NCBI GenBank assembly: GCA_005800655.1
Contig: SYEV01000051.1
Span: 11,212-75,211, forward strand
Reading direction: 5' to 3'
DNA: 64,000 nt
Source of the DNA: Bacteroidota bacterium
Lineage (GTDB): Bacteria > Bacteroidota > Bacteroidia > Chitinophagales > Chitinophagaceae
A program made the position numbers and the translations under genes. Below the pieces are notes generated by a model. It made no database searches. It worked only from the letters and a program-made list of their open reading frames with translations, and had not been told where the DNA came from. Positions 50,958 to 61,013 of this stretch are shown piece by piece. The stretch's first letter is position 1. The number at the start of each line of letters is the position of its first letter.

Positions 50958-53441
50958 ATGCGTAAACACATTTTACTTATTATTCTTTTCCTACCCTTTT
51001 TGGCCATGAGTCAGCAAAAGGCAAATTACTTTTTAGCAGCAAGGTTCGCTCCTAAAAAATTAGACAAAATGATTTTTTCATTATCAATTGATCCGCATTG
51101 GCTAAAGCTATCAAATAAGTTTTGGTATACTTACGAAACCAGCGAAGGCAAACAATGGAATATTGTGGATCCTATGAAAGGAGAAAAAAAGGTAATGTTT
51201 AATAGAGATAAATTAGCAGCCGAATTAACTAAAATAATTAAGGATCCATTTGATGGGCAGCATTTACCTATTGATTCTTTAAAATTCATCAAAGATGAAA
51301 ATTGGATTCAGTTTGAAGTAAAAAGTACCATTGAAATAAACAAAGATGCGGTTGTTAAGAAAGATGCCAAACCAGAAAAAATTAAAAAAACATTTTATTT
51401 TGAATACAACCTTATTACAGAGCAGCTCAATGAATTGGTTGGATTTAAAAAACCAAAACGTAAGCCTAGTTGGGCCAACATTTCACCTGATGAAAAAATT
51501 GTGGTGTTTGGAAGAAATTATAATTTGTTTTATATGGACAAAGAAAATTTCAATAAAGCCATCTTAAACGACGAGGACAGTACCATTGTTGAACATGCTA
51601 TCACCAAAGACGGCATTCAAAATTTTAGCTGGCATAGCGAAAGCGCTTATGGTGGTGGTGGCGAAACTAATGTAGATGTAGAAAAAAATAAAAATAAAAG
51701 AAAGCCGGTTTATGGTTTATGGAGTGAGAATAGCAAACATCTCGCAATCACTAAAGTGGATAATCGTAAAGTAAAAGATTTATGGGTAATCAATAGTATT
51801 GCCGAACCAAGGCCATCGCTAGAAACCTACAAATATTGGATGCCTGGGGAAAAAGAGGCCCCGATGGATCATTTGATGATTGTTGATATGTCTGCATTTA
51901 GCTATAAAGAAATTGATGTATCCTTATTTAAGGACCAAGATGTTGCTGTTTGGAATAAATCAGCCAATGTGAATGCGAGAGACGATGAACATAGGCCAAA
52001 TATATGGTTAGGTACCAATGATCAGCTTTATTTAGCGCGCACCAGTCGTGATCTGAAAAAAATTGACCAATGTGTAGTTAATATCAACACGGGTGTTGTG
52101 AAAACATTAATTGAAGAAAATTTAAATACATATGTTGAAATTAAAAAACCAGGCTTGATTAAAAACGGTGAGGAAATAATTGAGTGGAGCGAGCGTGATG
52201 GTTGGGCGCATTTGTATTTACATGACAAAGAGGGAAAATTAAAAAATCAAATCACACAAGGTCCTTGGCATATTGAAGATATTGTATCCATTGATGAAGA
52301 TAAAAGAGTAGTCTACTTTTCAGCAAACGGCCGAGAAAATGTAAACAACAACACTAAGGAGGATCCTTATTATTTGCATTTGTACAAAGTGAACTTTGAT
52401 GGCACAGGTTTACAATTATTGAACCCTGGCAATTTTGACAATAACTTTAGTATGAACGACAAGAAAAATTATTTTGTAAATAATTCATCTCGCGTTAATT
52501 CAACACCGGCGTCGGCATTATATTCAGCAGACGGGAAAAAATTGATGGACTTGGAAACAGCTGACTTAAACTCTCTATTTTCAGCAGGGTATAAATTTCC
52601 AGAAACATTTAAGGTAAAAGCGGATGATGGCATCACTGACATTTTTGGTGTCATGTACAAACCTTATGATTTTGATAGCACTAAAAAGTATCCCATTATT
52701 GAATATGTGTATCCTGGGCCTCAAACTGAATCCGTAAATAAAAGTTTTAGTAAGGGAATGGATCGTATTGATCGATTGGCCCAGCTGGGATTTGTAGTGG
52801 TGACCATTGGAAACAGAGGTGGACATCCCGCACGTAGTAAGTGGTACCACAATTATGGTTATGGCAATTTAAGAGATTACGGATTAGCGGATAAAAAAGC
52901 AGCTGTTGAACAATTGGCTGACCGATTTAATTTTATTGATCGTGATAAAGTAGGTATCCACGGCCATAGTGGTGGTGGTTTTATGAGTACCGCTGCTATG
53001 TTTGCTTATCCTGATATTTTTAAAGTAGCAGTAAGCAATGCTGGTAATCATGATAATAGTGTTTACAATAGATGGTGGAGTGAAAAACACAATGGGGTGA
53101 AAGAAAATATTTCTGATAAAGGAGATACTACTTTCTCTTATATGATTGATAAAAACCCAGACATTGCAAAAAATTTAAAAGGCAAACTATTATTGATTCA
53201 TGGTGAAATTGATAATAATGTTCATCCTGCAAATACCCTTCGTGTGGTGAATGCTTTAATCAAGGCCAATAAGCGCTTTGACATGTTAATTTTACCTACA
53301 CAACGACATGGGTTTGGAGATATGAGTGAATATTGGTTCTGGAAAACAGCCGATTACTTTTCAAAATATTTATTGGGAGATAACACAGAAAGGTCTGTTG
53401 ATATTGAAGAGTTGAATAAAGAAATTGAAAGAAAAAAATAA
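50958..53441 (+). CDS. S9-family dipeptidyl-peptidase IV-like peptidase
   Basis: SERDGW.HLY, YPGP, GHSGGG, HGEIDNNV, QRHG. Confidence 0.92.
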   Translation: MRKHILLIILFLPFLAMSQQKANYFLAARFAPKKLDKMIFSLSIDPHWLKLSNKFWYTYETSEGKQWNIVDPMKGEKKVMFNRDKLAAELTKIIKDPFDGQHLPIDSLKFIKDENWIQFEVKSTIEINKDAVVKKDAKPEKIKKTFYFEYNLITEQLNELVGFKKPKRKPSWANISPDEKIVVFGRNYNLFYMDKENFNKAILNDEDSTIVEHAITKDGIQNFSWHSESAYGGGGETNVDVEKNKNKRKPVYGLWSENSKHLAITKVDNRKVKDLWVINSIAEPRPSLETYKYWMPGEKEAPMDHLMIVDMSAFSYKEIDVSLFKDQDVAVWNKSANVNARDDEHRPNIWLGTNDQLYLARTSRDLKKIDQCVVNINTGVVKTLIEENLNTYVEIKKPGLIKNGEEIIEWSERDGWAHLYLHDKEGKLKNQITQGPWHIEDIVSIDEDKRVVYFSANGRENVNNNTKEDPYYLHLYKVNFDGTGLQLLNPGNFDNNFSMNDKKNYFVNNSSRVNSTPASALYSADGKKLMDLETADLNSLFSAGYKFPETFKVKADDGITDIFGVMYKPYDFDSTKKYPIIEYVYPGPQTESVNKSFSKGMDRIDRLAQLGFVVVTIGNRGGHPARSKWYHNYGYGNLRDYGLADKKAAVEQLADRFNFIDRDKVGIHGHSGGGFMSTAAMFAYPDIFKVAVSNAGNHDNSVYNRWWSEKHNGVKENISDKGDTTFSYMIDKNPDIAKNLKGKLLLIHGEIDNNVHPANTLRVVNALIKANKRFDMLILPTQRHGFGDMSEYWFWKTADYFSKYLLGDNTERSVDIEELNKEIERKK

Positions 53442-53458
53442 GTAAAAATAAATTTAGT

Positions 53459-53490
53459 AAAGGCCTTCTCGTTTATTCGGGGAGGCTTTT
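53459..53490. terminator. Probable intrinsic terminator
   Basis: gccttctcg/cggggaggc stem with flanking A and T tracts. Confidence 0.65.
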
Positions 53491-54484
53491 ATTTTTTTAC
53501 CAACTTTGCCAATTGTATGGGTTCAAACGGACCGTATTTGTGTTGGGCAACAGAAAAAGTATCTGCATAAGGACCAAAGGGATAATCAAACGGTTTGGTT
53601 GCAAGCACTGGCCAGTCCTTTGATTTATCTTTAGTGGGTCGTGCATGTGAACTTATATATGCTGCTACATCCCAGGCTTGTTGGGTTGTTAAAGTAGGCT
53701 TACGATAGTTGACCGGGTTTGGCATATTATTTTTGATGAACCCTGCTAATTTTGAAAGCTGATTGATCCCTGCAGCATCGTTATAACTATGTGCCCCCCA
53801 GAGCGGCGGGTATTCATAACTATTTCCTTCCTTATTCATTACCCCCTCGCCGTTCAAGCCATGACATTTTTGACAATATTGGGTGTATACACTTAAACCA
53901 TTTTTAGGATTCGCTGCTACAGTAAGTTGCGGAATTAGTTCAATCCCCGAGCCCCTTACTTTTTTTCCTTTGGCTACTCCTTCCCCTAACCATTTTATAT
54001 AAGCATAAATTGCTTTTATTTCTTTTGAATTTGTATCTAAGGCCTTCCCATTTAAACTACGTTCCATGCAATCATTGATTCTTTTATAAATAGTTTCAAT
54101 AGATCCAGAGCGTTCTCTAAATTTCGGATAGGTTGAAAAAACAGCACCATAATTCAAACCCCAGGGTTTGGTGCCAGCTTCTAAATGACAGTTTTGGCAA
54201 TTCATGCCGTTGGTGGAATGTTGCACATTTCCTTTAGGCCCTAAATATTTTGAAGTATGTGCAATCAATTCATAACCATACCTAATAAGTTGCCCATTTT
54301 GATTCGTATCCAAAGGAATTTGATATTGCGAAGCGCCTACCCACGCAGTGGTATCCGTTTTGCTTAGATCAAGTTGAACAGATGGAGGAATAGGTTTTTT
54401 TGCGGATCTATAAATTAAATATAACCCATTACCAATTAAAATTATAAAACCTATGATGTATATAAACTTTTTTAACATCTGCAA
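53489..54484 (-). CDS. tsdA: Diheme c-type cytochrome, thiosulfate dehydrogenase TsdA-like
   Basis: CQNCH and CQKCH heme sites; RINDCMERSLNG; YPPLWG; NMP; N-terminal anchor. Confidence 0.75.
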   Translation of the reverse strand: MQMLKKFIYIIGFIILIGNGLYLIYRSAKKPIPPSVQLDLSKTDTTAWVGASQYQIPLDTNQNGQLIRYGYELIAHTSKYLGPKGNVQHSTNGMNCQNCHLEAGTKPWGLNYGAVFSTYPKFRERSGSIETIYKRINDCMERSLNGKALDTNSKEIKAIYAYIKWLGEGVAKGKKVRGSGIELIPQLTVAANPKNGLSVYTQYCQKCHGLNGEGVMNKEGNSYEYPPLWGAHSYNDAAGINQLSKLAGFIKNNMPNPVNYRKPTLTTQQAWDVAAYISSHARPTKDKSKDWPVLATKPFDYPFGPYADTFSVAQHKYGPFEPIQLAKLVKK

Positions 54485-54919
54485 TTAGTTAACACCCGCT
54501 TTTAAATAACGCCATCCTTGCTCCTGTTTCATAATTACTTCAACCACACCCGATGGTACCATATTTGCTTCTAATAATAAATCTGCCTTTGCAATTTTAT
54601 ACTTACGCATGGTGTTTTCACAAGCCGAAAATACAATACCCTCCTTGGTTAGGCCAGCTATGTCACTGGCGAAATAAGTTTTATCCTTCACTAGTAAATT
54701 AATTGCCTTGCCATGAACTACCACTTCAATATGAAGATGATTAGGCCATGCCTTTTGAATATTTTTTATATTACCAATGGTGGAGGACCAGGCACTAGTA
54801 TCTGCAGTATTTAATTGAATAACAATATTGTGTTCTTTGATATCATTTTGCGCATAGCAAAAGTGAAAAGAAAATACCATCGTAAATAATAGGAAAATTA
54901 GACGAGATGTATTTTTCAT
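54485..54919 (-). CDS. DsrE-family protein with signal peptide
   Basis: IEVVVHG, ACENTM, VPSGVVE, QEQGW.Y. Confidence 0.85.
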   Translation of the reverse strand: MKNTSRLIFLLFTMVFSFHFCYAQNDIKEHNIVIQLNTADTSAWSSTIGNIKNIQKAWPNHLHIEVVVHGKAINLLVKDKTYFASDIAGLTKEGIVFSACENTMRKYKIAKADLLLEANMVPSGVVEVIMKQEQGWRYLKAGVN

Positions 54920-54983
54920 AATTAATAATTTACATGAATGTAAGAAATTATTAATTATTTAAGGTCTTAAACTCAGGCGCCCC

Positions 54984-56408
54984 TTATAATAACAAACTGG
55001 TGGGAATAGAATATTCTGTGAGCTTAAACTGGCCAGACTCCTTAATTTCCTTGAATCCCCCCTTCACATCAATTAAATGATCAAAGCCTCTTGCTTTTAA
55101 AATGGATACAAAAATCATAGATCTATACCCCCCAGCACAATGAACATAATAGGTTTTATCTTTTTCAATTGCAGCCATACTATCATTGATAAAGTCAAGC
55201 GGCGCATTTAATGTACCTTTTACATGTTCGCTCTTATATTCTGACGCTTTACGAACATCTAATATATTAATGCCTGCATCTTGTTTTTGAATTGTAGCTA
55301 ATTCATCTGCTGAAATAGATTTTATTTGATCAATCTCCTTTCCTGACGCTTTCCATGCTTCAAATCCGCCAGCTAAAAATCCAATGGTAAAATCGTAACC
55401 AACTCGTGCTAGTCGAGTGATAATTTCAGCTTCCCGTCCTGGCTCAGCGACTAATAAAATTTCTTGTTTAATATCAGGTATCATCGCGCCTACCCAAGGA
55501 GCAAAACTTCCATCAATTCCAATATTAATTGAGTTGGGTATAAAGCCTTTTGCAAATGTTTGCGCATCTCTGGTATCTAAAATTAAAGCACTTGTTTCAT
55601 TGGCTGCAGTTTCAAATGCAGCTGGAGTCATCGCATGTTGTCCACGTGCTAGCACCTGATCAATACTATCATATCCTTGAATATTCATCATAACATTCAA
55701 TGGGAAATATCCAGGAGGTGCTACCAATCCATCCAAAACAGCAGCAACAAATTCTGGCTTGGTCATGTCTGCGGCTAAAGCATAATTCGTTAACTTTTGA
55801 TTACCTAAAGTATCCTGGGTTTCTTTACTCATTTTTTTACCACAAGCACTGCCTGCCCCATGCGCCGGATAAATAACAATGTCATTTGATAATGGCATGA
55901 TTTTGTCTCTCAAAGAATCATATAAGTAACCTGCTAATATATCTTGTGTTAGTTCTTCTTTTATTTTTTGTGCCAAATCAGGACGACCCACATCTCCAAT
56001 AAACAAAGTATCGCCACTAAATAAAGCTACCTCTTTACCATTTTCATCCATTAATAAATAGCAGGTACTTTCCATGGTATGGCCCGGTGTATGTAATACC
56101 CTGATTTTAACTTTGCCTAATAAAATTTCCTCATTGTCTTTAGCAGAATGAAATTCAAAAGCCGGGGCAGCCGTTGGGCCATAAACAATTTTAGCCCCTG
56201 TTTTTTTAGCAAGATCAATATGACCAGATACAAAATCAGCATGGAAATGGGTCTCTAAAACATATTTTATTTTAGCCTTATCCAATTTTGCTTTTTGAAT
56301 ATAGGGATCTACTTCTCTAAGTGGATCAATAATTGCCACTTCGCCTTCGCTCATGATGTAATATGCCCCTTGCGCCAAACAACCCGTATAAATTTGTTCT
56401 ATTTTCAT
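54984..56408 (-). CDS. MBL-fold persulfide dioxygenase-like protein fused to two rhodanese domains
   Basis: ETHFHADFVSGH, HTPGHT, GDVGRPDL, HGAGSACG, HCAGGYRS. Confidence 0.9.
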   Translation of the reverse strand: MKIEQIYTGCLAQGAYYIMSEGEVAIIDPLREVDPYIQKAKLDKAKIKYVLETHFHADFVSGHIDLAKKTGAKIVYGPTAAPAFEFHSAKDNEEILLGKVKIRVLHTPGHTMESTCYLLMDENGKEVALFSGDTLFIGDVGRPDLAQKIKEELTQDILAGYLYDSLRDKIMPLSNDIVIYPAHGAGSACGKKMSKETQDTLGNQKLTNYALAADMTKPEFVAAVLDGLVAPPGYFPLNVMMNIQGYDSIDQVLARGQHAMTPAAFETAANETSALILDTRDAQTFAKGFIPNSINIGIDGSFAPWVGAMIPDIKQEILLVAEPGREAEIITRLARVGYDFTIGFLAGGFEAWKASGKEIDQIKSISADELATIQKQDAGINILDVRKASEYKSEHVKGTLNAPLDFINDSMAAIEKDKTYYVHCAGGYRSMIFVSILKARGFDHLIDVKGGFKEIKESGQFKLTEYSIPTSLLL

Positions 56409-56460
56409 AATGTGATTTTTATATCAACTGTAAAAATATACCATAAAATTAGCTTAAAGC

Positions 56461-56474
56461 GTGACAAAAATCAC
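56461..56474. promoter_or_regulatory. Candidate Crp/Fnr-family operator
   Basis: GTGA-N6-TCAC (gtgacaaaaatcac) in the divergent promoter region. Confidence 0.45.
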
Positions 56475-56583
56475 TTTTGAGCAGAAAATTTTTATCCCCC
56501 TATTTCACTAAAAATTTACTAAGTGACTAATAGTACATATCTTGTAATGCTTAATTCTGATTTTTGCTAAAAACTAATCAAAC

Positions 56584-57375
56584 ATGGAAGTAGTCGGCTA
56601 TTTTGCATCTATTTTAATTGGGGTTTCATTAGGCCTTATTGGAAGTGGCGGTTCTATTTTAACAGTACCTGTTTTAGTGTACCTATTTAATATAAATCCA
56701 ATTTTAGCAACCACTTACTCCTTATGTATTGTAGGATTGAGTAGTATTGCAGGTATTATTTCAAGAATGAAACAAAGATTGGTCGATATTAAAACGATCA
56801 TCATTTTCGGGATACCCTCAGTCATTGGTGTGTTTATTGCACGAAAATTTTTCTTGCCAAATATCCCAGATACCATTCATCTTGGCAATACTTTAATAAG
56901 TAAAAGTAATTTTATCATGTTGTTTTTTGCGAGTTTAATGTTGGTTTCAGCATTATCCATGATTTTAGGCAAAAACAAAAAAGAAGCTGAAGGGGTTTTG
57001 CCCGAATATGGCGTCGCTTTAATGATGGTAGGACTTGGCGAGGGCATGTTAACAGGTATTGTAGGTGCAGGTGGTGGATTTTTAATCATTCCTGCATTGG
57101 TTATTTTAGGTAAGCTGCCCATGAAAAAAGCGATTGCTTCCTCCATTTTTATTATAAGTATCAAATCCATTGTGGGGTTTATTGGCGATATATCAAATAC
57201 TACGATTGACTGGAATTTTTTAACAGTTATTGTTTTATTGGCTACACTTGGCATCATCATCGGCAACTATCTCAATAAAAAAATGGATGGTACAAAATTA
57301 AAAAAAGGATTTGGGTGGTTTGTGTTAGTCATGGCCAGTGTTATTTTCATTGAACAATTCTTTTTTGGAAAATAA
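56584..57375 (+). CDS. TauE/SafE-family sulfite exporter
   Basis: Repeated G.GG motifs (GSGGSILTVP, GAGGGFLIIP); about eight TM helices. Confidence 0.9.
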   Translation: MEVVGYFASILIGVSLGLIGSGGSILTVPVLVYLFNINPILATTYSLCIVGLSSIAGIISRMKQRLVDIKTIIIFGIPSVIGVFIARKFFLPNIPDTIHLGNTLISKSNFIMLFFASLMLVSALSMILGKNKKEAEGVLPEYGVALMMVGLGEGMLTGIVGAGGGFLIIPALVILGKLPMKKAIASSIFIISIKSIVGFIGDISNTTIDWNFLTVIVLLATLGIIIGNYLNKKMDGTKLKKGFGWFVLVMASVIFIEQFFFGK

Positions 57376-57489
57376 GGTAGCTTCCTTTTTTGCAAAATAA
57401 GTACCAGAATAATTTTATTGCTAAAATTTTATCACTCCTTGTTAGGTATGCAATATTCTACTATATTTGTAGACTAATAAAATACAAAT

Positions 57490-58065
57490 ATGTTTGAAAT
57501 TATTGAAAGTTTAAAAGTGCCTTGGCCTTGGTATGTCGCTGGGGCTGTCATAGGTTTAATTGTTCCCGCCTTACTCATTATTGGTAATAAAACATTTGGC
57601 TTATCCTCCAACCTACGACATATATGTGCTGCATGTTTCCCAGCTAATATTAAATTTTTCAAATACAACTGGAAAAATGAATTATGGAACTTGTTCTTTG
57701 TGGTTGGAATAATGATTGGTGCATTTATTGCGACTCATTATTTATCAAACTCAAATGCAATTATTATAAATGAAAATTTAAAATCAACCTTAATCAATCT
57801 AGGCGTAACCGATTTTCAACATTTAATGCCTGCTGAACTTTTTAGTTTTAACAGCTTAAGCTCCATACGCGGATTTATATTAATGGTAGTGGGTGGTTTT
57901 TTAGTGGGCTTTGGAACCAGATACGCAAATGGTTGTACATCAGGTCACGCCATCATGGGTTTAAGTAATTTACAATGGCCATCGCTCGTGGCTACCATCT
58001 GCTTTATGTTGGGTGGATTTATAATGACCAACTTTATCCTTCCTTTTATTTTACAATTTAATTAA
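57490..58065 (+). CDS. YeeE/YedE-family sulfur-compound transporter subunit
   Basis: [14 protein letters not shown] motif. Confidence 0.9.
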   Translation: MFEIIESLKVPWPWYVAGAVIGLIVPALLIIGNKTFGLSSNLRHICAACFPANIKFFKYNWKNELWNLFFVVGIMIGAFIATHYLSNSNAIIINENLKSTLINLGVTDFQHLMPAELFSFNSLSSIRGFILMVVGGFLVGFGTRYANGCTSGHAIMGLSNLQWPSLVATICFMLGGFIMTNFILPFILQFN

Positions 58066-58568
58066 TGCCCATGTCTAATCATACACAACCAATGAATGAT
58101 CTCAAATTGGATGAAACTTCAGCTTGTATTAATCATTCAGAAAAAAAAGAATCTGTTTTTTCTTTATTAAAATATGCACTGATCGGAATGCTGTTTGGAA
58201 TTGTTTTTGTTAAAGCTGAAATTATATCCTGGTTTAGAATACAAGAAATGTTTTTACTCCAAAGCTTTCATATGTATGGTGTAATTGGAACTGCTGTCAC
58301 TGTTGGCATTATTTCTGTTGCAATCATTAAAAAGTATAATATCAAAACCATCCAAGGTGAAAAAATAATTATTGTCCCAAAAACATTTACCAAAGGTCAG
58401 ATTTATGGTAGCTTATTATTTGGCTTAGGTTGGGCTATGACGGGCACTTGTCCTGGACCTATTTTTGCACAAATAGGATCTGGATTAATGAGTGGCTTTT
58501 TTATATTAGCAAGTGCATTATTTGGTACTTGGACCTATGGATTTTTTCAAGAAAAATTACCGCACTAA
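58065..58568 (+). CDS. YeeE/YedE-family sulfur-compound transporter subunit
   Basis: FGLGWAMTGTCPGP motif. Confidence 0.88.
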   Translation: MPMSNHTQPMNDLKLDETSACINHSEKKESVFSLLKYALIGMLFGIVFVKAEIISWFRIQEMFLLQSFHMYGVIGTAVTVGIISVAIIKKYNIKTIQGEKIIIVPKTFTKGQIYGSLLFGLGWAMTGTCPGPIFAQIGSGLMSGFFILASALFGTWTYGFFQEKLPH

Positions 58569-59324
58569 AATATATTTTACAATAAGCAGTCTGAGTGATA
58601 GGATGAGGATAACGCACATCCCGATTAAACTTAATATATATACAAACTCAATTCTTCCTCCCTGCCCATGCATAATGCCCCACAATGCCCAAGCAATAAC
58701 TAAGGGTGCTGCAATAGAGTCGTAGAAAAACGAGAAACAAAAAGCAAGTATAATTGCAATAGCAATCATCATCACAGCCCAATTCTCAGGAGCAATTCCC
58801 CAAGCATTCCACTGCAAATTAACCAATAATGCAGAGATATTAGCTACCGTGGCCACACTGATCCAACCAATATAAATAGTGAAAGGGGCAATGATAAAAA
58901 TTCGATGAATTAACTTAATATCATTTGAAAGGCTTCTCGTGTAAATAAATATTTGAATTAATACCATCAAAAATGCAATCATTACAACGACACTTGTAAA
59001 TATTTGTAAATAATGCCAAGCTAAAATCCAAGATATATTTAAAACGGAAGTAGCCCAATACCATGGGGTAATTTGATCTAAATATTTTTTAATGACTGGG
59101 AACTCCTTTTGCTTAAAAGAAAAATAAGTATGCGTAATTGAATAGCATAATAAAAATAAATAAATCACTCCCCAAATTGAAAATGTAAAACCGGCAGGAA
59201 CAAAATAGTTTGGATAAAAAGCAGAAATTTGACCTGTATTATATCCATTAATAGGCAAAATACTTGCCAATGCATTAACAGTAACTACCCCAATAAATAA
59301 AAGCCAATTAATTAATGTTTTCAT
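58557..59324 (-). CDS. TspO/MBR-like tryptophan-rich membrane protein
   Basis: FVPAGFTFSIWGVIY, LNISWI, IYIGWISVA. Confidence 0.75.
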   Translation of the reverse strand: MKTLINWLLFIGVVTVNALASILPINGYNTGQISAFYPNYFVPAGFTFSIWGVIYLFLLCYSITHTYFSFKQKEFPVIKKYLDQITPWYWATSVLNISWILAWHYLQIFTSVVVMIAFLMVLIQIFIYTRSLSNDIKLIHRIFIIAPFTIYIGWISVATVANISALLVNLQWNAWGIAPENWAVMMIAIAIILAFCFSFFYDSIAAPLVIAWALWGIMHGQGGRIEFVYILSLIGMCVILILSLRLLIVKYILVR

Positions 59325-59349
59325 AAAAGTGATTTGAACTGACCAATGT

Positions 59350-59679
59350 TTACAATGAAAATATTTTATTCATCAAAACCCATTTTTCACCTGGATTTGC
59401 ATTGGGTAGTGCTTGTTGATAATCCCACAATAATTTTTCCCATTGAACCACAATATCATTAGAGGCATCCATCGCCGCTTTTTTCTCAAAGCTAAAATCA
59501 TCGCCTGCTTCCATAATCATAAATAAACGATTGGATACCCTATAAATATCCATCACATGGATATCAGCATCTTTAATTGATTTAATAATTTCAGGCCACA
59601 CAGATTTATGGTATTCCTCATAAGCAGCAATAGCAATAGGGTCGTCCTTTAAATCAACTGCAAAACAATATCTAACCAT
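59350..59679 (-). CDS. L-rhamnose/L-fucose mutarotase-family protein
   Basis: DLKDDP, YEEYH..VWPE, RLFM, EKW..M..IF. Confidence 0.88.
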   Translation of the reverse strand: MVRYCFAVDLKDDPIAIAAYEEYHKSVWPEIIKSIKDADIHVMDIYRVSNRLFMIMEAGDDFSFEKKAAMDASNDIVVQWEKLLWDYQQALPNANPGEKWVLMNKIFSL

Positions 59680-59732
59680 GATTCGAAATTTTATAAATGA
59701 TACCCAAATGTAATATTATTAATAAATATATA

Positions 59733-60710
59733 CTATTTATTAACGCCATATACAAATGCTTCCATCACCCTCATTGATTGTAGCGCATCCATTGCAGAAC
59801 AAGGATTTTCACCATTACCTAAAAAATAGGCAACTACCTGCTCAATTAAATTTTGTTGGTTATGCATGGGGGGATCAAAATGCATCACCGATTCCTTCCC
59901 ATTTTTTTCAATGGTTATATCATTACCAAAAACGGGAAACGAAATTTTGCCATGTTCCCCTATAATTTCAAAAACATCTTTCTCTAATTCAGCCGCCACC
60001 GTAAAATCCCATTCCCCATTAAACAAAATATTATTATCGAGTTGCATAGTACCTTGTACGCTGTCTTCTGCTGGGTAAAGCCCTGCCTTATTTTCGGATT
60101 TCCCATGATAGCTGATTGCATCTCCAAAATAAAAAAATACCAAATCCAATTGATGTGGTGCCAAATCATAAAATAAGCCGCCGCCTGCAAGTTCAGGGAA
60201 TACACGCCAATTATCGGCGGAACCACAATTGGGACTCGGCTGCTTGAACATTTTAATATTGACTTGTTTTACAAGACCAATATAATTTTCAGCCAACAAA
60301 CTTTTTACCTTTAAAAATAAGGGAAGCGCGCGACGATAATGTGCCACGACTAATTTCACGCCCGTGGTATTTGAAATTTGCTGCATGGTTTCACATTCCC
60401 CGACATTCAATGCCATCGGTTTTTCAACATACACCGGCTTGCCTAGCTGCATTGCTTTTTCGGCATAGGCTGCATGAAATTTAGGGGGTGTTGCAATATA
60501 TATTGCATCTACTTCGGGATGATTAATTAAATCGTCAACATTGGTAAAAAAATAAGGAACATGATGTCGTTGTGCATAATCCTTTACTTTTTCAGCATCA
60601 CGTCTCATGACTGCCATTAATTTAGAATTAGGCACTTTGTTAAAAGCGGGACCGCTTTTAACTTCAGTGACACTTCCACAACCAATCATACCCCATCGAA
60701 TTTTATGCAT
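59733..60710 (-). CDS. Gfo/Idh/MocA-family oxidoreductase
   Basis: GMIGCG, YIATPP, VEKP, DLAPHQLD. Confidence 0.9.
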   Translation of the reverse strand: MHKIRWGMIGCGSVTEVKSGPAFNKVPNSKLMAVMRRDAEKVKDYAQRHHVPYFFTNVDDLINHPEVDAIYIATPPKFHAAYAEKAMQLGKPVYVEKPMALNVGECETMQQISNTTGVKLVVAHYRRALPLFLKVKSLLAENYIGLVKQVNIKMFKQPSPNCGSADNWRVFPELAGGGLFYDLAPHQLDLVFFYFGDAISYHGKSENKAGLYPAEDSVQGTMQLDNNILFNGEWDFTVAAELEKDVFEIIGEHGKISFPVFGNDITIEKNGKESVMHFDPPMHNQQNLIEQVVAYFLGNGENPCSAMDALQSMRVMEAFVYGVNK

Positions 60711-60863
60711 ATGCAGCAAATTACTTAAGATTTTTGGATTATTTAGCTATGTTTTTACCTATTTATTGATTACAATAAATAGGTACTCAATAAATAAAAA
60801 AGAAATTGAATGCTCCTAAATTATATAAGTCTTCTGAAAATTTAAAGTAGTATTTATAAAAAT

Positions 60864-60891
60864 AAAAAAGGGCAGTGTAGAAACACCGCCC
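60864..60891 (-). terminator. Intrinsic terminator of the tRNA-like transcript
   Basis: Minus strand GGGCGGTG-TTTCTA-CACTGCCC-TTTTTT. Confidence 0.85.
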
Positions 60892-60924
60892 GTACTTAAC
60901 GATTGCTTGCTCAAACCAAAAAAG

Positions 60925-60995
60925 TTGTCATAGATGGGATCGAACCATCGTTAAGGGTTTTGCTGACCCTTGCCTCACCCCTCGGCCACATGACC
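60925..60995 (-). tRNA. Atypical tRNA-Cys(GCA)-like element (pseudo-tRNA or tRNA-derived ncRNA)
   Basis: Cloverleaf GGTCATG-TG-GCCGAGGGGTGAGGC-A-AGGGT-CAGCAAA-ACCCT-TAAC-GATGG-TTCGATC-CCATC-TATGACA-A; A33, G1/A72 mismatch, A73. Confidence 0.8.
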
Positions 60996-60998
60996 CTA

Positions 60999-61006
60999 CA
61001 AAGATA
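60999..61006 (-). promoter_or_regulatory. Bacteroidota -7 promoter box
   Basis: TATCTTTG (consensus TAnnTTTG) ending 3 nt before the tRNA-like 5' end. Confidence 0.7.
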
Positions 61007-61013
61007 GGGTAAA

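Noticed and set aside
60925-60995. tRNA fragment as an integration (att) scar
   Set aside because: The element is full length with promoter and terminator; no integrase or duplicated 3' end was seen in the window.
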